Positions 13,575 through 26,065 are shown, counted from the stretch's first letter. The stretch is DNA of 64,000 nucleotides from Octopus sinensis (GCF_006345805.1 NC_043010.1:21886001-21950000), one strand, 5' to 3'. Notes: generated by a model from the letters alone, not told the origin. Made by a program: numbers and translations.

Positions 13575-13625
13575 CGTCTCGTCTATAATCTTATCTTCCA
13601 AATATTCTAAACTAATATCTCTCGG
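13575..13625 (-). CDS. Candidate internal exon, 51 nt, phase 0: PRDISLEYLEDKIIDET
   Basis: Acceptor TATGTTCTATTTTGCAG|C, donor ACG|GTAAGA; only frame 0 is open, phase-compatible with 12463-12540. Confidence 0.4.
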
Positions 13626-15479
13626 CTGCAAAATAGAACATATCTAAAATAAAATCGTTAGAGTGGATCGATGTAACGAGTGGCATCTTCTTCCCCATAT
13701 GAAATAACAAACTGAGACTCTTGGGGAATCACCGTTGCAGCATTCAGGATGTAAAGTAATTGGAAATTCATTATGTACCAACTATTTAAAAAATTACTGG
13801 AAAATTTGGAGTTCAAACAATTGCTAAATTCACTCTGTGAAAATTTCAGCAATTAGATTCAAAACGATTAAAATGCTATGCCATAGATATGTATAGATCT
13901 GGTTAGCTATCTGATGGTATAGAACGTTCACTAAATCAGGTATTACACTAAAGTAAGGGATTTTATTAATATTATCAGAACAGAATTTCCAGTAAGGACT
14001 TTATAAATTTTTGGATGACTTTTGAATATTTGTCGTAGCGATTTCAATATTTTGGTGATTTTTGCATAGACTTTGGTAATTTCTGATTCTTTAGTTATAA
14101 ACAACCCATAAACGAATTATCATTGCTTAAAAGAGACCCATGTTTGTTGTCCTTATCGGGAGGAGATACATCTAATAATTTGTAGACGGAGTGTCAGTAT
14201 GGAAGACACGTTACTAAAAAGTGGAAGTCCTTACCCCTCCAAAAGAGTATCTCGTTACTAAATGATATGGATTGTGTTAATAATCATGTCTTGATCTGTT
14301 AATCAATCCAGTGTCTCTTAAAATCCATGTTCAATTCCTCTGTAGTAATCGTACCCAAACATGAATAATTCTAATAGATGGATAAATGATTTTATTTTTT
14401 TCGTATCTTCCACCTAGGCCTTTGCTCTCGCATTTTCACAGAACAATAGGAAAAAGGGCATCAGTAATCTCTTGGAAATCCTTATCTATTTGGATTTGGT
14501 TTAAAACTCTTATAAACAGAGTATTTACAAATTCAATAATGAGGGCTGAATAAGAAGCTCGACTATATCTTGTGATTAACCCCACATTACATTCACCGTC
14601 TCCCAGAAAAATATATCTTTGTCCGGTATTTTTAGAACTATGTAGAAAAGGATATTTGAGAGCATATCCATCTCTGCTATCCCAAGATTGAATAAGGTTT
14701 CTATGATAGTATGATATTTTAATATCTACTAATAAAATTGTATAAATCTACAGTTTCCAAAAAGTACGACTTATTTATACTTTCAAATTAACATTGATCT
14801 TAGCGGTAGGCCAAAGGATCATCAGTACTGAGTTTATTTTAGTCTCTCAGTATCTCCAGTATCAGACACAATGGCATTGATTATGTTTGTGATATTGGTT
14901 TCATATTTTGGCTGAACGGTAGGCTTACACTTGTAATATCAACATTTATTATATCGGTTCCAAACGATCATAACTTTTCAACCAGGAACAACAAATCCCA
15001 GACAGTCGAGGCTCACGGTACGGGTTTTACTATTCGTCCTTTCGAACGCTGAATACCTAACGTAGCTGGCGAGACATCCATTCGAGAGATGTCCCTGAGT
15101 CACTATCGCATTCCGTGCACACCAATCCGTCAGAAGATTTACCTATTTCCAGCTGAGTGGAAATGAATTGTTTTGCTCAAGCACACAACGCACAACGGGA
15201 CTTATAAATGTTATCATACCTTTCAAATACCGCTGGTATAATTTCATAAGGAACACAGGTTACTAGAACACCTTCAGAAAAATTCAAAGTTTTGTGTTAT
15301 ACAATTAGATTTGGAGTGAGTGAGATGGGGCTTCTTCTTCTTTGGTTTGTAGTCTAAAGTCATTTTTAGTGTCAGAGATTTTATCATGAATTTGTTCAAA
15401 ATGTTCAGTAAGATTCTTTTTAAAACTCAAACGGATGATAAATGGTTGGTTTTGTTGTTATAATTTGCAGTATTAATAA

Positions 15480-15895
15480 AGAAAATACTATGATATTTTT
15501 ACAGGTTTCCTTCAAGATAAACAATCAGTAGCTATTATGCTAGATGCATTTTTTCCCATGACTATTATTTGATATTCATCTCCAATAAAATTGAAACGTT
15601 CGTTTTTTTTTAATACACATTGTAGTCACGTGTACAAAAACATTGCATGGGAAATTAGTTTGATCCGGAATATTCGAAGCAATCAAGACAGTTGTAATAT
15701 ATAAGAATAACAGCCATATTTTTCTACCCATTAAATGAGACATAATCGCAGTAAAATGTAAAAGTATTTACAGTTATTTTATAGCTTTTCTCCAGTCGAC
15801 GTAGCCATTTGTTAAAAGAACATTAAGATGTGACAGATGAATATAATTCGTCTGCAAGTATTGCAGAGAGGGAAATATTTGTAATAAATGTATAA
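15480..15895. pseudogene. Diverged repeat copy 2 (homolog of 11400-11820)
   Basis: Same orientation, core offset 4075 bp; flanks visibly more diverged than the core. Confidence 0.3.
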
Positions 15896-16044
15896 TATTT
15901 TAATAGAATTTCATGATATTATTATTATTTTTCTACTTTTTGATTTTCTTTGGTGGCATTTATTAAAATAAATTCATAATTCACTAAATATAAAGTAACC
16001 ATATCCACACACACGCACGCACACACACATACACACAAACACAT

Positions 16045-16075
<31 letters not shown>

Positions 16076-16320
16076 CACACACATTTTCAGATCCACACGT
16101 ACAAACGCATATACATATTGCAAGCATGGGTGATATGTTGGACAAGTAGAAGTTTTAACAAAAACAGTGTAAACATTACGACAAGCATTGTTCTTTCTCG
16201 TATTTTTTTTTTCTTACCGGCCGTTTGTTTTCCTGATTATATGAAATGAAACCACTTCATTTTACTTTGACCTCCAGAATTTGACAGATTAAAAAGAGCA
16301 ACTGAACATATCTTATTTGT

Positions 16321-16553
16321 TATTTCTTTACTGCCCACAAGGAGCTATACACAGAGGGCACAAACAAGGACAGACAAACATATTTTGTTGATTACATCGA
16401 CTCCGGTGCATAACTGTTACTTAATTTATCGACCCCGAAAGGATGAAAGGCAAAGCCGACCTCGGCGGAATTTGAACTCAGAACGTAGCGGCAGACGAAA
16501 TACGGCTACGCATTTCGCCCATCGTGCTAACGATTCTGCCAGCTCACCGCCTT
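16321..16553 (-). mobile_element. tRNA-derived SINE, family B
   Basis: Reverse complement of the 58949-59180 element: head GGCGGTGAGCTGGCAGAATCGTTAGC, B-box-like GAGTTCAAATTCC, core TTTATCGACCCCGAAAGGATGAAAGG on the plus strand. Confidence 0.85.
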
Positions 16554-18639
16554 ATCTTATTTGCTCTAACGAAATTCTTATGAATGTTACATTTATTTCG
16601 GCCTGTGCGTAGATATATCCATAGAGAGAAAGAACAAAGTAGATATTAGAAGTTTCATTATTACGTAATACGAGACTGAAATAAAGTAATATACCATCGA
16701 GAGAGATTTCAGTGTCTCTTATACAGTATTTGGTATTTGTCATTCATAGTAAGACAAGTTTTTCGGAGAGAACTATTCTGGCAAAGGACGGCTGCTTAAC
16801 TTAGTAATAATGATATGAGCAATCTAAAAATTATGAAAAACAACAATTGTTTCGTATTGTAGGATTGTTATATAAGGTTCCTCCAGTAAGGTATCACGAT
16901 CAATAATCGGGACTTATACAGTATTTCATTCCCTAAAAAAAAAAAACGAAAATGTTTCTATGAAGCTCAGGTGCTTAGAGTGCCGCTACTACTTAATAGT
17001 CTCAGGTAACGAGACCTGCAGACAGATATCTCTGAACATAATGTCAGGTTGATTTAGGTAAAATTCATCAGCGGTTTCCGAACACATTTTCCGATTGCAT
17101 AACCGAAACACAATACACCACGGCTATTGAGTTTGAACTCAAACCCTCAACTATGACATATACTCTCGAACATTTATTCACTCAGTGTATTACATAAGAT
17201 CATTAATATCATTACGATCATTCACTCTATTTTTTTTTTGTATGCTATTCAAAAGCTCTCACAATATTCTCTGTCATTCTCTTGTAAGCAGCCCATCTTG
17301 TTAGATTACCTCTACTACTAAAATTTACCCAGCATTGTTCATGTTACTAAACCTATTCACTCGATTACGTTTAGAATTAGTCCCAACTATGACAGTTCAG
17401 AAAGGATCGTTACACTGAAATGATTTATTAGCAATTTCTCTCATCTTCATGTGTTTCTCACCTTTATCTTATCCACATTAATTGTTTCTTTCTAAACACC
17501 TGGCATTCCAATAAATTTAACGTGTTTCTGCCATAAATCAGTTGTTAAACAGCTTAAGACGTCTCTTTTTATTGATCGATGCACCATATTGAGAAATGTG
17601 GACCAAAGTGTAAGCAGGCTCCTTATCAATTTTCATAATATCTGCAACACAACAATAAATGTTTCAATTCGTCCGCTACACTGACTCCAATCACTTTATC
17701 GATAGTTTTCCATATCTGCTTTATCTGCAGCCATCTGAAACGCATATTACCATTGCGCAACTATTTGACGGTGAAAATGAATCGATGTAATGTGCAGACT
17801 GGATGAATAATTTGATGAAAAAGATAAAGATATAACATTGTTTTGTTTCTTTATTCACAACAACGTGTTACGCTTTTGTCTTTTATTATTTTGCTCTTTA
17901 ATTTTAATTTCTTCGTAGTATTTTACGTTATATCAATTTGTCTCGGCAGTGTCACCAGACAGCACTGAATAATATCAAAATGATTCCACGTGGTGTCATA
18001 TTTTAATATCGTATATATGAGTTCGGGACGGACGGTTCGGTTCGATCTCAGTAGAGATGCGCAAGGCTGGAGTTATATCATTATGATTGTCAAAAAGAAA
18101 TGGAATAAGACTAAAGAACAAGAACCAGACATCTGATTGAATGAGAATTAAATATAGAAACAAAACGAGAGAAGCTACAAACAAAAAACTCTGATATTGA
18201 GTGGGAAACTAGCAGTAGTAATGTAGCATGTACATACAGTTGGTAGTCACGTAAACGAAATCAATAGAGAGAGACATGTGCAACAAATATATCTTTCTAT
18301 GTTTGAAGTCTTAGAATGAACTTTTATATTTCTATCCTTGGGGATAACGCATAAACGTTTGGACACTGCACCTAACTTTCTAAATGTCAACTGGAATCCG
18401 AGTATTTTTAATATGAGATTATTTATTTTCAAACTAAATACACGCGCATACACACACATACACACGCACACACACGCTCACACACACAAGTACTCTCACG
18501 CACACGCACACAAGTACACACACCTGCAGACCCAAATGTATACATTCACGTGTCTTATATACCCGTATGCATATACGAGTGCATGACTCTCCACCACCTC
18601 CTGTAAATCTGTATATATATACACACACACATATATATA

Positions 18640-18682
<43 letters not shown>

Positions 18683-18708
18683 ATATATATATGTATGTAT
18701 ATATATAT

Positions 18709-18765
<57 letters not shown>

Positions 18766-18899
18766 TATATATATATGTATATATATATACATATCTCTCT
18801 GTCTCTATATATATATATATATATACATATATACATGTATACATATATACATACACATATATACATATATGTATGTGTGTATATGCTTGTGTGTCTATG

Positions 18900-19090
18900 T
18901 TTGTCCTCCCTAACATTGCTAGACAACCGATGTTGGTGTGTTTACGTCCCAGTAAATTAGCGGTTCGGCAAAAGAGACCAATAGAATAAGTACAAGGCTT
19001 AAAAAGAATAAGTCCCGAGGTCAATTTGTTCGACTAAAAAGGCGGTGCTCCAGCATGCCGCAATCAAAAGACTGAAGCAAATAAAAGAAT
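18900..19090 (+). mobile_element. SINE family A, 3' half
   Basis: GACAACCGATGTTGGTGTGTTTACG...GGCGGTGCTCCAGCATG; inverted homolog of 19175-19370. Confidence 0.8.
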
Positions 19091-19174
19091 ATATATACAG
19101 ACAGACAAACAGTCAGACAGACACACATTCTCAGTTTTATATATATATATATACTCTTTACTCTATTTTATTAT

Positions 19175-19376
19175 TTTACTTGTTTCAGCCATTTGACATC
19201 GGCCATGCTGGAGCACCGCCTTTAGTCGAGGAAATCGACCCCAGGACTTATTCTTTGTAAGTTTAGTACTTATTCTATCGGTCTCTTTTGTCGAACCACT
19301 AAGTTACGGGGAAGTAAACACACCAGCATCGGTTGTCAAGCGATGTTGGGGGACAAACGCGGACACACAAACATAT

Positions 19377-19459
<83 letters not shown>

Positions 19460-19591
19460 CGGCTACCAAATCCACTTATAAGGCTTTGCTCGACCCGAGG
19501 CTATAGCAGAGGTCTCTTGCCCACGCAGTGGAACTGAACCCAGAACTATGTGGTTGGTAAGCAAGCTACTTACTACACACCCACTCCTACG

Positions 19592-19597
<6 letters not shown>
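19175..19597 (-). mobile_element. SINE family A, near full length, with internal (CA)n(TA)n tract
   Basis: Head ATAGGCGTAGGAGTGGGTGTGTAG...GGGTTCAGTTCCACTGCG; microsatellite at ~19375-19460 lies between the 5' and 3' SINE halves. Confidence 0.85.
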
Positions 19598-19639
<42 letters not shown>

Positions 19640-19642
<3 letters not shown>

Positions 19643-19990
19643 AGGGAAAGTTTACGAAAATAAGCAAAAGACGAAGACAGGTGGTGTACAAAACAAAAAG
19701 ATGTATTAGTATAACGCTCAAGAATAGAAAAAGTCTTTTACGTTTCGAGCCTACGATCTTCTACAGAAAGATACACAGAAAAAAAGAAGGAGAGAAACAA
19801 GGAGAGAAAAAATGTGTGTAGCAGCTAAGGATCTATCATGGCGTCTTACTCGGACAGAATGATCAAATGGGAAGGGGAAAGTAGGGGGAGATAACAAGGT
19901 CAAGATGACCTCCAACACGAAGGAGCCCCCAACACAAAGGTGCGTCTGTGTATAAGAGAGTATGTGCGTGTGAAAGAGGGCTGGTGGTCT
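19640..19990 (-). mobile_element. Probable Penelope-like element terminal remnant
   Basis: Carries the hammerhead-like motif at 19734-19771; a second, shorter copy of that motif occurs at 33568-33594. PLE assignment is inferred from the motif type. Confidence 0.45.
19734..19771 (-). ncRNA. Minimal type I hammerhead-like motif, A6U core variant
   Basis: UCUUU-CUGUAGA-A-GAUC(GUAG)GCUC-GAA-ACGU-A-AAAGA: 5-bp stem I, stem II with one mismatch, palindromic ACGU stem III. Confidence 0.5.
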
Positions 19991-20029
19991 GCGCGTGTGT
20001 ATGTATGTATGTGTAGGTGTCAAGATGTG

Positions 20030-20520
20030 GGGATGGGTGTGGTTGGTGTGTTGTGATGTGATGTGTAATGTTATGTTGTAGTGTAGTGTGGTGTGGTGTG
20101 CAGTTGTGGGGAAGTGGGGGGGCGCGTGATGTTGTAGGGTGTAGTGTAGTGTGGTGTGATGCTGTGGGGAGGTGGGGGATGTGGGGAAGGCAAGAGTGGG
20201 GAAAGCACAGGTGGAGTGTGGTTTCCGCTGGGGGTTGAGGTAGATTGGGGGTTATGGGTAGGTAGAGGGTGGGGTTAGAGGTGAGGTATGTGGGGAGGGG
20301 TGGGTGATAGGGGTATGTGGGGGAGGGGTGTGGGGGATGGGCAGGATAGGGAAGGTGGAATGGGGGGTGGCTGGGTGGGTTTATGGGGGAGGGGAAGGTG
20401 GGTATGAGAGGAGAGAGGAGAGGAGAAGAGAGAAACAGAGTAGAGGGAAAAGAGGGAAGAAGAGGGTGAGAGAGTAGGAGTGAAAAGATGTAGGAGTCGG
20501 GGAGGAGGTTAGATGAAAAG
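20030..20520 (+). repeat. G-rich, strand-asymmetric low-complexity tract grading from (GT)-rich to GGG-run to (GA)-rich
   Basis: Dozens of GGG/GGGG runs with short spacers at ~20100-20405; very few C on the plus strand. Confidence 0.8.
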
Positions 20521-21639
20521 GGGAGGAGAATTGAGTCTAAATGGCGTAAAAGAGCGAAGAGAGAAGATTAATCCCTGTTCACGTCGCAAGACGCATACAC
20601 ATATGCAAATATATATATTTATATGCATGCATATATATAAATACACACACACACGCACACACACATAAATATATATAACGGAAGTACTGAAGTACTGCAA
20701 CATTATGCTGACTCAGATTTACAGTGCTACGGAAAGAGCTTTGGGAAACATGTGGAAGAAAATCCAAAAAAGCACAATTGGGAATCAAATTCGATAATTT
20801 AGTGATTCACGCAGGAAATACGAGCTATAGGAGTAGCACACATAAGCGAATATACTATTTATATTGCTTTCTCGTACTTCAGACGGCAAAGATCCGTTTA
20901 GGTCCTTAGCGGTCTGAAGCGCGAAGGACCTGAGGGTAAACAAAGCATCTGCTGGTAAGCATGGCTTCTTATGTGATGTCAATGGTCGCAAGTATAGAGA
21001 ATCCGACTAGTATTAGCAGTAAGCTTTCCATGGAGAATATCAGTGAAAATGCAGAGGATTGTCATAAAAATACTAGACTCGTAAGTAGATGGTAAAGTAC
21101 AAAGCGTTGAATCCAAGATCTAGCTGGTCTGTTACGACTCACATACTGAAAGTCTAATATTGATCAGTTTCGAAGAATACTTTACTAGCGAACATAGATT
21201 GATAGATCAATATCTGGCAAGTAACAATTAACTACGCTTCAAAAATGTTAAAGAATTGGTAAAGGAATTATTGGCGATAGTAACATAAATTAAGAAGGAA
21301 TTATGAACACTAATAAACCATGTATAATATATGCCGTCCATGGTGAAATTGAGAGACGTCCTTCAAACCTGATCAGTTATTGAGAGACAATCCAAAGATT
21401 TTCCAAAGCTGATCATTTTATCGTTGAGAAAACATCTGAAACGTAGTTAATATTTGCAGCATATAAGCAATGTCTTTAAAAAAAGAAAGCTTCTTATTCC
21501 TTTGGAACAGTGCGAACTGCTTTGACATCCACAATGTCCATCACGTTGTCATTTGTACATGTCTATCACAATGTAGCCCTCGGTGCACTTGGATCCTTTT
21601 CAGTATCCCTTATGTTCTACTAGCAGAAGATTCTTTTCG

Positions 21640-22103
21640 TAAGGAACGTATATATTTTTGCTGTGTGAGTATCTCTTAATACTTTCCATAGGAGGATAAG
21701 ACAAGCAAAGGGTCGTTAATTGCCAACCTCATTTCCCATTTGACCGATCTTTCATTAACAATGTTGCTCTTCCCTCTACCATCTATTCCGGAACTGCACC
21801 GCTCTGTAGGCAAATGTCTAATTGCAAAGCAATTCTCTTGTGTATTGACCTAAACCACAACAGCCAGTAGCCTTGAATTCCGTCCGGTTTTGCTGCTTTC
21901 CAGTTTGGCAGTTTTGATATCTGTGCAATGACATCTTCCGTTGTTATGAGCACATGGCTCTCTCGTGGAGCCTCCGGCCGAAGGCGTTCGTATCTCACAG
22001 AATAAATCCACTTAGCTCTATTGTTGTGCGAAACTTCTTACCCCCAGATGTTATTCCACAATTGGCTGGTATCTTCTACTTCAGGAAAGGTATTATCTTC
22101 TGT
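21640..22103 (-). mobile_element. R4/Dong fragment (RT N-terminal region)
   Basis: ITTEDVIAQISKLPNWKAAKPDGIQGYWL...LQLDICLQSGAVPE; preceded on its sense strand by (TAA)n(GAA)n at 22104-22234. Confidence 0.85.
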
Positions 22104-22150
22104 TTCTTCTTCTTCTTCTTCTTCTTCTTCTTCTTCTTCTTCTTCTTCTT

Positions 22151-22234
<84 letters not shown>

Positions 22235-24298
22235 TACTTATAATCTGCATGTTTGATGCAATTACTTGCCGGGAAACACCCAGCGCCCTAGGGCAAGTGA
22301 AGGTTAAGAGTTGTTGAAAGCTTGGGGAGGGGAAGTAGAGAAATATCTCCATGTAATACTACACAAACATTTACATTGATAGGGTTTTTCTAAGGATGTG
22401 GACAGTGCTTGTTAGCACAATCTTTTGGATTTCCTTGAGACATGGTTCTCCAGGGATATTGTCTATGTGTTTCTGACATCCCTTTCTTATCATACCTGGG
22501 GCACCTACAATAACAGGAACAGTTTTTGTTTTAAGATTCCACATCTTTTGTATTTCGATTTCCAGGTCCTTATATTTACTAAGTTTGTCAAATTCCTTTA
22601 CAGATATATTTTTATCAGTAGGGACGCTTACCTCTATTAGTCTGCAGATATTTTCTTCCCTCTCTTTAACAATTATATCTGGTCGATTAGCCTTGATCGT
22701 TCTGTCAGTGTTGACTGGAAAATCCCAGAGGATGGTTACATTTTTACCTTCAACAACTGGCTGAGGATGGTGTTCATACCAGTTAGCAGGAGTGCCGAAT
22801 TTGTAGTGTTTACATATCTTCCAATGTCTATACTGCCCTACCCTATCGTGGTGATTTTTGTATTTGTTTGGTGTCAGCACAGGACATCCCGAAACGAGAT
22901 CGTCTATTGTTTCGTCAAATGTGTCGCAGAATCTGCATTTAGGGTCAGTACCGTTTCGGAGAACGTTAGGCTGGTAATTTCTGGTAAACAAGCTTTGATA
23001 TCGTGCTGCCAGTATTAAGCCTTCAGTATCTGCTTTCAATCCTGAACTCTTCAGCCATTGATGGGTTGTTGCTTGGTCTACATCAGCATTTTGGCTTCGG
23101 AGAATATATTGTCCATGCAGGGGCTTCTGGCCCCACCGCCTCTCAATTTGATTCTGCCTGTTCTTTTTTGCAGTCTGCTTGATTCGCTTTGCTTGCTTGG
23201 TAGCAGTGGTTTCCGGCTCTTCATCTGATTCAAGGTTAATGTCTAGTTCCCTTTCGAACTTATAAGCTTCCTTGACAATAGAATGCAGCTTTTTGCTGCT
23301 TTCGTGTTCGCACACAAGTCGCAGCATCCAGTCCTTTGTACTAGATAGGTACCTGTTCATTCCTACAGTGGAGGTCTTATAGCACAGCTCTAATTGGGTC
23401 ATTCCTCTCCCCTCGCTGCTTGTAGGTAGGTACAGGCGGTCTACATCTGCCTTAGGTGGTGCATGTTCTTGGATGTCAGTAATTTTCTTGTCTTCCTGTC
23501 CAAGCGTTGGAATTCCGTAGGGTTCCAGTTAATGATGTTAAAACTGTACTGGACTACTGGAAGTGCCAGGGTGTTAATGGCCTCAATGCAATTTTTGGAG
23601 TCGAGTTCAGTCTTCAGTACAAGCCTTATTCTCCTATAGTATTCCTTTCTTATTTTTTCCTTCATAGTAGCATGATGTATGCCATCTCCTTCGTTGATTC
23701 CTAGGTATTTGTAACTTTCTTATGGGTCAAGTTCCTTGATGGTAGTGTCAATATCTAATTTAACAGAAGCTGTTTGCCTGAGCTTGCCTCTTACAAAAGT
23801 TGCTTTAGTAAACTTATCAAGGCCAAAATCCATTCCGATATAATTGCTAAACTCTTTAACAGTTGTTAGCAGCCCTTCTAGTTCTTGGTCATTCCTGGCA
23901 AACAGCTTTAGGTCGACCATATAGAAAAGGTAATTTATTGACTTAATAAAAACTTTGTACCCATATCTGGTACTATCCAATTCGTTTGAGAGTGGGATCA
24001 GTGCCATGCAAAAAAGTAATGGAGAGAGGGAGTCACCTTGAAAGATGCCTCGTTTGATGTTGATGCTGTTGGACTGGCTCATCCCATTACTATGGCTTAG
24101 CAAGAGACGTGTGTTCCACATGGTGATGCTATTCTGTAAGAATTTTGAGACGACAGGAGAGATCTTGTATATCTCAAGGGCTTTGAGTATCCATTTATGT
24201 GGGACACTGTCAAACGCTTTCCTGTAGGCTATCCATGCTATACTCAGGCTTTTGTTTTTGCTCCGGCAATTCTCTACAATCATTCTATTTATGAGCAC
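22235..24298 (-). mobile_element. R4/Dong element, 5'-truncated (RT, CCHC, RLE, 3' UTR)
   Basis: ORFs 23720-24298 (RKAFDSVPH, GIFQGDSLSPLLF), 23441-23665 and 22371-23402 (CRFCDTFDETIDDLVSGC, HDRV, RPDII...IEVSVP); ends in (TAA)n. Confidence 0.95.
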
Positions 24299-24460
24299 AG
24301 CTTCAGGGTGGTGTTTATACCATTTGTTAGTGGTTTTGATTTTATAATACCGACATATTGACCTGTGTAAATACTGGCCGACTCTGTCATGTCTTGCTTT
24401 ATATGCTACAGGTGCTAAGACTCTACACCCTCAGATTAGGTGGTCTATAGTTTCAATCCC

Positions 24461-24461
<1 letters not shown>
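24299..24461 (-). mobile_element. R4/Dong internal fragment (knuckle/HDRV region) fused to the upstream end of the 22235-24298 element
   Basis: Minus strand translates GIETIDHLI*GCRVLAPVAYKARHDRVGQYLH...WYKHHPEAV; same subfamily as 29760-29920; preceded by (TAA)n at 24462-24517 on the plus side of the array order shown. Confidence 0.8.
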
Positions 24462-24517
<56 letters not shown>

Positions 24518-24518
<1 letters not shown>

Positions 24519-26064
24519 TATGTTAGACTTTTGCTTTATATTTGTACAAGTTGGCTCCAAGTCTCACCCAGAGACCTCAAGAGACAACAGGGTTGGGAGT
24601 TCATGTTGTTGTTATGCCTAGTGCGCCATATATTTGGGGGGTGGGGATGTTGTACTAATGAATGTCTAAAAAAAAAGTTTTTTTTTTTTTTTAAACCGAA
24701 AATTATGTTTGTTTTACACCTTGAGATTACATAGAGAGTATTTTGCGTAGGATATGAGCAGTTCCCATGAGCACTATCTTTTGAACTTCTGCCATTTTTG
24801 GGTTTCCTGGTATCTGAGTTAGGTAGCTATCAGCCCCTTTTGCTATCATTCCCAGGGCACCTATGACAACAGGTATTGTTTTAGTCTTCAGTTTCCACAT
24901 TTTGCTGATTTCTATTTCAAGATCTTTATATTTGCTCAGTTTTTGGTAGGTCTTGACAGATGCGTTTATATCGATTGGGACAGTCATATCAATGAGGAGG
25001 CATGTTCTTTGTTTGAAGTCTTTCAATATGATCTCTGGCCTATTTGCATCTATCTTCCTGTCAGTTTGAATGGTGAAGTTCCAGAGGAGTGAGATGTGGT
25101 CATTTTCAAGCACTGGGGGTGGTTTGTGTTCCCACCAGTTTTTTTCATGGGGCAAATCCATGTTTTTACAGATTACCCAGTGAATATATTGTGCAGCTCT
25201 ATCGTGCCTGTTGAGATACTCTGTAGCCGCAAGAAGACTGCACTTGGAGACCACATGGTCAATGGTTTCATTTTGTTGCTTGCATACACGACACGTTGGA
25301 CTGCTTCTGATCTTTAATATGTTGGCCTGGTAGTTTCTTGTTGGTAGGCATTGATCTTGAGCTGCTATGATAAACCCCTCTGTTTCAGATTTTAAGCCAG
25401 AGGCCATTAGCCATTGATGGGTCAGGGCTTTGTCGATATCTGCATTATTCGCTCTCTTTGGGTATTTGCCATAGAGAGGTTTTTCTTGCCATTTATTATT
25501 CAGAATATCTAAGGCCGCAGTTTTGGCACAGGTTTTCATGCGCCTAGCTTTTTCTGTGCTTGTTTCTTGTATATCTATCTCTAATTCCGAAATTGGTTGT
25601 ATTCGGAATTAGATATTCCTTTGCCTGTTTTGTGACTGAGTATGATGCTTTCTTGTTTTCATGTTTTGAGACAAGTTTTAGCATCCAGTCCTCAGAGTTT
25701 TTCAGGTAGGTGTCTAAGCCAATTGTAGCAATCTTCATTGTTATTGCCAGTTGCAAAAGACCACGGCCTCCCTCTTTTCTTGGCAGATAGAGTCGTTCTG
25801 TATCTGCCTTAGGGTGGTGCATTCTATGCATTGTCAACAGTTTCCTTATTTTTCTGTCGAGCTGACATATTTCAGTAATTGACCAGTTAACAATATTGAA
25901 ACTGTAAGTCACGACTGGTATAGCTAATGCATTGATTGCTGCGATCCTGTTTCTTGCATTCAGCTCTGTCTTGAGTATTGCTCTCACATTTTGATAGCAT
26001 TCTCTCCTGATCCTTTCCTTCATCTCTGAATGCCTTATTCCGTTCCCTTCAATTACCCCTAGGT
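24518..26064 (-). mobile_element. R4/Dong element, 5'-truncated, (TAA)n at both ends
   Basis: ORFs 25544-26023 and 24727-25539 (CRVCKQQNETIDHVVSKC, RHDRA, RPEII...LIDMTVP, QKIVLMGTAHILRKILSM). Confidence 0.95.
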
Positions 26065-26065
26065 A

